Position numbers and translations under genes: made by a program. DNA of 61,694 nucleotides, the filler included, from Sphacelaria rigidula (lineage: Eukaryota), in NCBI GenBank assembly GCA_964200075.2. It is 6 parts of 6 records of this genome, joined end to end, with 100 filler letters (N's around TTAATTAATTAA, not from the genome) between each part and the next. Parts side by side here need not be neighbours in the genome. Positions count along the whole stretch, not along the records: positions 51,497 to 61,694 come from CAXNAA020006946.1; 5 more parts are not named here. One strand, given 5' to 3'. Positions within the stretch are counted from its first letter, which is position 1, and each line of letters begins with the position of its first letter. Below are positions 53,349-61,694 of this stretch, piece after piece. The notes beneath the pieces were generated by a model. The model searched no databases, was not told the DNA's origin, and saw only the letters and a program-made list of their open reading frames with translations.

Positions 53349-53720
53349 CTGGGCGAAAGGCCGGCCGAGAAAGTGATCATCGCGGCAAGGTCGGTCAGAG
53401 CGTGCCCTTTCTCATGCATTTCAGCTTGAGAGCTTCCGGCCTGAAGATTGACAGCTCGTAGTCGGCTGCTCTATCTCAACTTGCTGGTGGCTGAGCGGTT
53501 AAGGTGGCTGCTTTCACTCAACGGGAATGGTCCCCGAGGGGTCTGTGCAGTTGTTTCTGATCACGTCTTTCCTGTATTCTGAGACTTCTGGCGACAATCG
53601 GGGTAGGCTTGCATAACCAATACCCTGTATCCGATGCAGTTGCTGGTTTATTGCAGATATCTTCGACGTCGAATAGATAGTAGGATACACGTGTTTGTCC
53701 CTGTAAGAAGCGATATGTAC

Positions 53721-53800
53721 CTGATCTCTCGCGCGGCAGCTTGGAAAATGGACAGTTTCTCCTCAGCTGACAACCTCTGGAAGAGCTCTGCCGATGAGAT
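53721..53800 (-). CDS. RGS-domain gene, internal exon
   Basis: TTTGTCTTCAG|ISSAELFQRLSAEEKLSIFQAAAREI+AG|GTACAT; 80 nt, phase 0 to 2. Confidence 0.85.
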
Positions 53801-54161
53801 CTGAAGACAAACACGACCAGCATGAGTAACGGCGCGAAATGCTTCGGGAAATTCGAAAGTAGATGTGAAATCAGATCACTGTTACCAACGTCGTCTGAAA
53901 AGTGGGGTGAAGTACAATCTATCTAGTTGGGAACAAACGCATGTGGTGCAGGTCAAGGCCCGAGTCGCGATGTGACAGGAAGCGGGAGAAATATTCGCTT
54001 GCTACTGTCGTAAATAGTGGAAAGTACCCGTTGTAATTCCCCTTCACTGGTAAAGGGATACGGCGCGATCTGACTGATGTCCCATCTTTCCCTTAGATTT
54101 TTGTCGTATGTGACACACCGTCGTAGAATTGCCTTGATGAACTGATCGCAATATGTCACAC

Positions 54162-54302
54162 CTTCATCACATCATCGCGCATCTTGGTATCAATGTTGAT
54201 CTCGAAGTCGCTGCCTCGTTTAATGTACTTGTCTTGAATGGCCACGACCTTCTCGAATGGGGCGGAGCATTGTCCAAAGTCCATAGCTTCGTATTCGCGT
54301 AC
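54162..54302 (-). CDS. RGS-domain gene, internal exon
   Basis: ATGTAG|VREYEAMDFGQCSAPFEKVVAIQDKYIKRGSDFEINIDTKMRDDVMK|GTGTGA; 141 nt; I.DKYI....EINID motif. Confidence 0.88.
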
Positions 54303-54818
54303 CTACATATATTATTGCGTGGCACCCGCATCAGCCTGAATGCTTTCATGGCGAATCTACAGTACCTATATCTACGACATCTCGCCGTTGGTGTGTTGAG
54401 GCACTCAAACGCAAGACAAAAAATGAAGGCGAGGAAGAAGGAGGACAAAATAGCCGTGAGCCTCTTAGACTTTGAAGCGGTTACATTGTTGGACGACATC
54501 ATCTCTGCGTGCTTCTGCCCTGTGCATGAGCTGGGGCGAGCATTTATATCTTGCGCACACCACCGATCCCGTGAGAGGCAGAGACTAGCACAGCTGTATG
54601 GTGCATAGGGAACGGCACACCTTGAACTGTTTTCAGCTTGGATACACGAAGCTCATTCTCGGAAGAGATCTATTTACAATATCGACTTCATCGGGCTTCA
54701 GAACCAGCGATTTCTGCAAACAATGGCACTAGTTTGACTCGAGTATTTTTTCCCGTTTTGCATGAGTATTATTTGTTTATTTCACTGAAGAAAATGTGTT
54801 ATCCTCTTTGCCACCAAC

Positions 54819-54938
54819 CTCGTTGAGAAACCAGATCGATTCGCCACAGAGGTGTTTTTGGACGAACCCACAGAACATAGGGCACACTTCGTTGTTCCTC
54901 ATGATTTGCTCCACAGTTTCGAAGTGAACCGAGATCTG
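54819..54938 (-). CDS. RGS-domain gene, internal exon (domain start)
   Basis: CTGTTCCAG|(Q)ISVHFETVEQIMRNNEVCPMFCGFVQKHLCGESIWFLNE|GTTGGT; tandem acceptor allows 54938 or 54935. Confidence 0.85.
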
Positions 54939-55082
54939 CTGGAACAGCAGGAGGCACAGGACAGGCAGTGGGAATGTGGCTGTCGAAGGACCAACGAAAG
55001 ACGCGATACGAGTATCAAGACGGTTGCCTTATACGATCATACAGCCTAACGTGGGTGCAGAGGCTGGCATTGGTCGGGACGT

Positions 55083-55298
55083 TGTAATGCGTGAGAGGAC
55101 CGCGTGCTTAGAGGACCACGTCATAGTTCGAAACACCTCAAGATCGACGTTTTTCAAAACCAATCGAGCCACCAGTCCCTGTAGGGACCACGCCCTTGAC
55201 TCTAACCCCAACACTAACACTAACCCTAATCCTAACCATAGCAGTAGTTTTCAAATTCAGATGCGGTCCTCTACGCACGCGGTCTCTCACGCATTACA
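55083..55298 (+). mobile_element. TGT...ACA MITE with telomere-like repeats (in an RGS intron)
   Basis: TGTAATGCGTGAGAGGACCGCGTGCTTAGAGGACC ... GGTCTCTCACGCATTACA; degenerate CTAACC run inside. Confidence 0.92.
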
Positions 55299-55607
55299 AT
55301 GACGCAATTCGTGCGTCACGATTGTTCACGAAATACGACACATATTTGGTTATGAAAGGACGCTCAGGGACCGAGGACAGCTCAGAAACAACACATCTTG
55401 TTACAAGTCTGGACGGTAGATGAAGATAACAGACGCGGGGAGGGGACTTACGTGAGTTCTTTCCTACTCATTTTCTCGAAACGTCGTACGCTGCGGTTTC
55501 GTGTTTCTAGATCTTTGTACACTGTTTCGAAGAATGTGGCTTGTGTACCTACATCTTCCAAAAACAAATCTTAGGAATAGCGACGTTTAGGCACACGATA
55601 TAGCCGC

Positions 55608-57242
55608 TACTTCGCATCACACGAAATGGGTCACATACCTCTTGCTACGTCACGATACTCAGCATTACCTAAATGGACTGTGCAACACCTGTGCACAACA
55701 GATTCCCTACGCTACAAAGCATCGACTATGATAGGGTAAAACGCCATGACGCCGAACACGGTCAGCTGCTACTGCATCCTGGGAGTGGGTACTATTATTG
55801 TACTGTAATGCGTGAGAGGACCGTGTGCTTCGAGGACCGCGTGCTTAGAGGACCGCGCCGTAGTCCGAAACACTCCAAGATCGACGTTTTTCGAAACCAA
55901 TTGGGGCAGTCCCTGCAGGGACCACGCCCCTGACCCTAACGCCAACCCTAACCCTAACGCTAATGCTAGGGATGTTCAAATTCCGATGCGGTTCTCGAAG
56001 CACCCGGTTTTCTCACGCATTACACTACGACTGCGCAACATACGACCTCCACAACATCTTGTCCCGGTAACGACGGGGGAAAAGTACAACTACACTTCCA
56101 TCTCCAGAAGCGTTTAATCGTCAAGTACCTCATGGCACAGCGTTATCGTGCCTGCCGTTACGATAGTCGACACCCCCCCTACGGTAAAACGAAATCAGAG
56201 CAACCCGAATATCGCCGAATGGCAGGGAATGTGGGTGTAGTCAGTGGTTTCGCGGCCAAAATATCGGTTGTCGGTTGCTAACGAGGCATGCAGGCAGCAT
56301 ACATGTCGAGACTACGAATATAACACGGGGTTTTACAAATTGGGGATGAATGTTCATTGAGGATGAGAACTCGGAGAATCAAAATCTTGGTATCCACACC
56401 AAATCTTCGAAGTATAGTTGTTCAATTCAATCACTTGTTGGTAGCTATCGACAACTACTACGCGCCATACAAATTTGGGCCCTGATGACCGACATGTTGG
56501 GACCCTGGGTGTGAAGAACCAATTTTGGGGAATTTAGGTGCTCCGATGACCCCAAAATTGGTTCTTCACACCCAGGGTCCCAACATGTCGGTCATCAGGG
56601 CCCAAATTTGTATGGCGCGTAGTAGTTGTCAATAGCTACCAACAAGTGATTGAATTGAACAACTATACTTCGAAGATTTGGTGCGGATACCAAGATTTTG
56701 ATTCTCCGGGTTCTCATCCTCAATGAAAATCCATCCCCAATTTGTAAAATCCCGTGTTATATTCGTAGTCTCGACATGTATGCTGCCTGCATGCCTCGCT
56801 AGCAACCGACAACCGATATTTTGGCCGCGAAACCACTGACTACACCCACATTCCCTGCCATTCGGCGATATTCGGGTTGCTCTGATTTCGTTTTACCGTG
56901 GGTGGGGTGTCGACTATATGTAACGGCAGGCACGATAACGCTGTGCCATGGAATACTTGACGATTAAACGCTTCTGGAGATGGAAGTGTAGTTGTACTTT
57001 TCCCCCGTCGTTACCGAGACAACAAGATGTGGAGATCGTATGTTGCGCAGTCGTAGTACCCACTCCCACGATGCAGTGGCGGCTGACCGTGTTCGGCGTC
57101 ATGGCGTTTTAGCCTACCACATAGTCGATGCTTTGTAGCGTGGGGAATTTGTTGTGCACAGGTGTTGCACAGTCCATCTAGGCAATGCTGAGTATCGTGG
57201 CGTAGCAAGGGGTATGTGATCCGTTTCCTGTGATGCGAAGTA
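55608..57242. repeat. 1.6-kb foldback inverted repeat (~693-bp arms, 19-bp spacer) in an RGS intron
   Basis: 55608-56530 is the reverse complement of 56550-57242 apart from a MITE in the left arm; spacer AATTTAGGTGCTCCGATGA; both ends are TA. Confidence 0.95.
55804..56024 (+). mobile_element. TGT...ACA MITE inserted in the left arm of the foldback
   Basis: Family TIRs with an extra 16-bp GAGGACCG.GTGCTT. unit; flanks GTAC / CTAC; absent from the right arm. Confidence 0.92.
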
Positions 57243-57332
57243 AAATCCCGCGTTCTATGCGAAAATCTCAGCATTCACGACGAGCTTGGCGAAAAGGAGC
57301 ACGTACAGTTTGGCTATGTTCGACGTACTTAC

Positions 57333-57402
57333 GGGGTGCTCATCTTCGTCTATAGCGATCTTCTGCCCTCCGTGTTTACTTTTCCAGCGCACAGGAGAAA
57401 AT
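57333..57402 (-). CDS. RGS-domain gene, probable upstream linker exon
   Basis: CTTTCCGCGGCAG|A+FSPVRWKSKHGGQKIAIDEDEHP|GTAAGT; consensus donor and phase 0 compatible with the next exon. Confidence 0.6.
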
Positions 57403-57456
57403 CTGCCGCGGAAAGTAAACGCTTGAGCGGTACGAGCTGGGCCAGCCAAGAGTAGG

Positions 57457-57762
57457 TGTGAATCTCGCTCAGGAGACGCACGGCGCGATATTAGGAACTG
57501 GACGCTGAAATTTTGACTAGTGGCGAAATCACGCCGTCACGGTTGAGCATATAGTGGATCCTGGATGATGACCAGGGGACAAGGGCATCCTGTGGATGAT
57601 GACCCTTGCTGTGTAGCCCAGGCTTGTGGCACGGGGATGCAGATGTTTACTCCGAAAAAATGATTAGGTGTTGTAAAGGCTGACAACTGAGACGTTGAGG
57701 AGCTGGGGAGTTCCTCAACAGCATTTAGACGCTGCAGTACTAGCAAACCTGCTAGCGTCACA
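57457..57762 (+). mobile_element. Candidate 5' LTR of the downstream Gypsy element
   Basis: TGTGA...TCACA termini, 306 bp, 300 bp upstream of gag. No second LTR in the window to confirm. Confidence 0.4.
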
Positions 57763-58062
57763 ATATCGATATTAGTGCTAGTGCTGGCGTGCTAGTAGAT
57801 GCTGTCGTTTGAGACTGCTGAAATTTTTAGCAGGGAGAGTCTGAACAACTAGGGATTAGATTCGGGCACAGAGCTGCGTGAGGAAATTCAAGCTGAGGTA
57901 GCTGAAAAGATGGCTGGCTCGTGATTGATCCAGACTGGGGACTTGCTGGAGTTGCGTACCGCGGGTGTTTATACGACCCCAGGGCTGCGTTGGAGCGGCG
58001 AAGCAAGCAGGTGTGAACTAAAGTTCTAGAAGGTTTGAGAAATCTTCGATTTAGGCTCAAGA

Positions 58063-61000
58063 ATGTCGACTATGGAGGTACCGACAATAGAGTCAGCAGA
58101 AACGACTGTAACCCCAGTCGTTCCAAGGGAAGAGTTGCGGCCGCCCAGTTACGGGAGTTTATATCCTGAGGGTGCCTCTCGATCGCTTTACACGAGATAT
58201 ATGGGATACAAAAGGAGGGTGGAGCATGCGAATGCAGGGGATGCGGTGAGGCATCAGGTGGGGTCGATGGCGCAATTAGTACCAATACCCTTGCAACGCG
58301 TCTTCGCGAGACGGTTCCATGAAAAGCATACCATAACGCCGCTGCAGTTGGCCGCAGCGATGAAGAAGCACGCCGGGCATGCGGCAGGCGCGGAGGTAGA
58401 GCTTACTCAGGCGTCCACGACCGTGGCAACGGCTGTCGCAATGAACCGCGAGGGGAGGACCATGCGTGAGAGGGTGGAGCCCAAAAAGGGTAAGTTGGAA
58501 ACGTATTTTGCGGAAAATCCCAACGTAGAGATGATTTATCGTTCGTCCGATGGAAAACTTCGCCCAGGGCGCGCTGCGGTGGTCACCAAAGCGATGGTGG
58601 AGGGTCTGGCAGGCCGTGCTTGTACAGTTACAGCATGGAACAAATTGGAAGTTGGACCAGTATTTAGTCGTGGATACCGTGGTGGCTGAGGCTCAGGCAT
58701 GGCGGCGCGTCGAAGTATTCGGAAAGTCGTCAACTTCGTCGCCGCAGTCTTCGAGCTCGTGTAACCGCGGATCAAAATCCGTAGGCAGTCCCGCCTCAAA
58801 TTTCACTTATCTTCAGTGTGGCCAGGTCGGTCACATCGCACGGAAGTGCCCAATGCCTTCTGGAGGGGAGTCTGCGCAGACGAGTGCCGCGCGCCCTCAC
58901 AAGGGCAAAATACGAGGTGGTTGCGGTGGCGGCGGCGGCGGATCCTCCCGCGGTGGAAGTGCACAGTCGACTTCCCAGCAGCAGCAGCAGCAGCAGCAGT
59001 AGCAGCAGGGGCGGCGGCGTCAGCAGGGGTCCGGTTCTGGGTTCGGTTCAGCCGCAGGGGCTGCTGCTCCGCAACGGGCGGTGCAGGTGGGACCGACCTC
59101 TCTAGTGTCGGGCTCGGTGCCGGCGCCGCCGGCGGCAGAGCAAGGCGAGCCGCCGGCTGTAGAGCCGGTCGGTTTTCAGCTGCAATTTGGATCGGCTGCT
59201 GCGTCGGCCGAGGTACCGTTGCAATTTGGTTCTGCGGGCGGGGCTTCGTACCCGCCGGCGGTGCCGGTGACCTGTGACGGATTAAGAGACAACCAACTAG
59301 ACTACTGACCAGTCAGCGCTGACTGGTCAGTAGTCTAGTTGGTTGTCTCTTAATCCGTCACAAAAGTTAGCCGCTGGTTCGATTCCCGTCGGACGCACTT
59401 TATTTGAAGAAAAAAGAAGATATGAAACCTCTGATAAAAAATTGGCTCAAGGAGAGAAAACCTCTGTAAAAAATTGACCCAAAAAGAAAGAGGGTGGGGT
59501 GTAGACTGGTGGCTATGTTTGGAGTGTACTTCTAAGGACCCCGGTGCACACACTCTGGAAATGAGTGGGGGAGACGAGTAACTCATGGGTACGGTGAGAG
59601 TGACAACTGGTCAGTAGTCTAGTTGGTTGTCTCTTAAACCGTCACAGACCCCAGCGGGGGCGTCTCTGCCTGCGCCGCGCGCGCAGTTGTGGCGCCAAGT
59701 GGGGATACGAACAATCAGTCGGCGGAGCAGGTGCCGGTCGAGGACCAAGACAATCATGTTCCTGCCGAGTTATATCTGCCCGATCAACGGGCGTGGGAAG
59801 CTATATCGGTCAAAGCGGTGCTGGATTCAGGCGCCCACTTCACGAGCATGTCGGTGCTAATTGTGGAGATGCTGTAGCGTCTACTCCCCGGTGAGCAAAT
59901 CCGAACTCCGTGTTCGCTCGGGGCGAGGCAGGCCATCACCGCACCGGGGCAACGTATAAATGTGACGAAGCGTACGATTCCCCTACAGGTGGCGTTCCTG
60001 ACTACTTGGGGGCCAGCAAAAATACCCCCAATATCGCTTGCGATCATGCCGGGGACGGATGGTGTAGTTCTGTTGGGCCTACCAACGCTTCGGGGACTCG
60101 GAAGCGACCCGTATGATCGGTTGTTGGAGTCCCTAAAAACGAAAATGCCGTCGCCCGGATCGAGTGTCGAGACGTCTGCTCTTTTGGCCAGTCGCAGAGT
60201 GAGCTTGTCGACTAATGCTCTCCAGGAGGCAGGGGGGGGCAGGTGTCCGAGGAGCGTGATGAGGCCGTGGAACGCTTGGTGGAGCGCGGCCCCGATATGT
60301 TTATCGAGCCGGCGGAAGAAGAGCCCGCGCGAAAGACTGCGCTTGAGGAAAGCGTGACGGATGCGGTGGAAAATGGCGTCGGAGTCTCAAAAGCGGAGCG
60401 CTTACGTGGCATACTGTATAGCCACGTTAACACGTTTCGTCGTGCGCTGAGGGGTGATCCCCCTGCGCGCGTGGAACCCATGAGGGTTACACTGAAGCCA
60501 GGGACGGCCGCGGTGAAGGCAAAACCGAGGAGGTATGATCCGGTAAAGTCCAGTTGGCTAGCTTCTTGCATGGGAGCTCTTGTGGCGTTAGGGTTGGTGT
60601 TCAGGAATCTACAGGCGGTGTGGTCCAGTCCAGCGATGGCAGTGCCGAAGAAGGACTCGTTTCGTCTTGTTAGCGATTACGGAGCCGTCAATGATCAGGT
60701 GGAGAAGTCGCCGGGTGTCATGCCCAATCAGGAATCCGACATGATAGACCTGTTGAATGTGCGATGTTTCGGTAAGTTGGACCTCCTACAGGGGTAATGG
60801 CAGATGCCGTTGGCCAAAGAGGCGCAAGAGATATTCACAATCACGACTCCGTTTGGCATGTTTACCCCGCAAGGAGTACCGCAAGGCGTGTTGAATGCTA
60901 CTTCCTATTTGCAAGGTGTCATGGTGGACCTTGTAGATGGCTTGAAATGCAAGATTTGGGTGGATGACGTCTTTTTCTTCGCGGATACGGAAGACGAACT

Positions 61001-61694
61001 GTTGGATACGCTTGATGCAATCTTGGCTCGCTTACAGAGTGTTGGTCTGTTTGCAGCTGCCCACAAGTGTGCCTTTTTTGCTAGTGAACTAGTGTGGTGT
61101 GGGAGAGTGTACTCACACGGCCGCGTCTCGCATGACCCGATCCGCTTGCAAGGTTTGTCCGACATGCGGCGTCCAGAAACAGCCGCAGAACTACTGCAAT
61201 TCCTGCACGCAACGAACTGGTTACGTACCTTGTTGCCACGTGTGGCTGAAGTAGTGGCGCCCTCACGCGGTTTTCTGGAAGAACTCGTGGTGGGGGCAGC
61301 AAGGCGCACGAAGGGGGTGGAAAAAATCGTGTTATTTCACCCGCCTCGTGGAGGGAGAGCAAGCTGCAGGCATGGGCGGCAGCTCACGATCTGGTGGCTC
61401 ACGCCGTGACGCTGTTCCATCCCCGCCCCGGTTGCCAGGTGCTGACGTTTCCGGATGCATCCGAGTGTCATTGGGGTAGCTTTGTCACGCAGGTGCCTAA
61501 TGCAAAAACGCAACAACAGTTGTCGGTTGAAGACATGACGCATAAACCGCACGCTTTTCTGAGTTGTAATTTCAAGGGTTCACAGATGCGTTGGGCAACC
61601 ATTGACAAAGAAGGTTTCGCTATCGTGAGCACTTTTCGTCGTCTCGAGCATCTATTATGAAATGGCGTACACGTTTTCACGGATCACCGAAATA
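58063..61694 (+). mobile_element. Ty3/Gypsy gag-pol (gag with Zn knuckle, protease, RT, RNase H), inactivated, truncated at the window end
   Basis: YLQCGQVGHIARKC knuckle; VLDSGAHFT; WSSPAMAVPKKDSFRLVSDY; LDLLQG*WQMPL; PQGVLNA; IWVDD; TFPDAS; WATIDKEGFAIV. Several stops and frameshifts; (CAG)n at 58977-59007. Confidence 0.95.
59273..59646. mobile_element. Ginger-like non-autonomous element inserted between gag and protease
   Basis: TGT...ACA termini; ~41-bp TIRs with one mismatch; exact 4-bp TSD GACC (59269-59272, 59647-59650). Confidence 0.85.

Noticed and set aside
54153-54608. 151-aa plus ORF and 111-aa minus ORF as genes
   Set aside because: They overlap an RGS exon and intron in other frames and carry no recognisable motifs.
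57541-57690. Extra upstream RGS exon (PNHFFGVNICIPV...YAQP, phase-compatible)
   Set aside because: Lies within the candidate Gypsy LTR, has a weak donor and an internal duplication; not supportable without transcripts.

Overview
Eukaryotic, transposon-saturated DNA whose element and exon styles resemble brown algae (Phaeophyceae); the taxon is inferred, not proven. The window is not a contiguous locus. It is six contigs of 10200, 10200, 10199, 10199, 10198 and 10198 bp, joined in descending size by 100-bp N-TTAATTAATTAA-N spacers, so nothing can be linked across a spacer. Host genes: an orphan first exon of a membrane-anchored SDR (KDSR/TSC10-like, +), and five spliced minus-strand exons that join in frame into an apparently intact RGS domain the ORF track misses. 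Retroelements: degraded Copia-like and Gypsy remnants, a near-complete Gypsy gag-pol, two RTE-type LINEs, and a putative Penelope-like element with hammerhead-like repeats. DNA elements: a fragmented Academ-type transposase, a KDZ-like fragment, piggyBac-like, hAT-like and Ginger-like non-autonomous elements, a four-copy MITE family carrying telomere-like repeats, and a candidate Helitron. Several long inverted repeats are also present, including a 1.6-kb foldback inside an RGS intron. All family calls are by-eye motif recognition; no searches were run.
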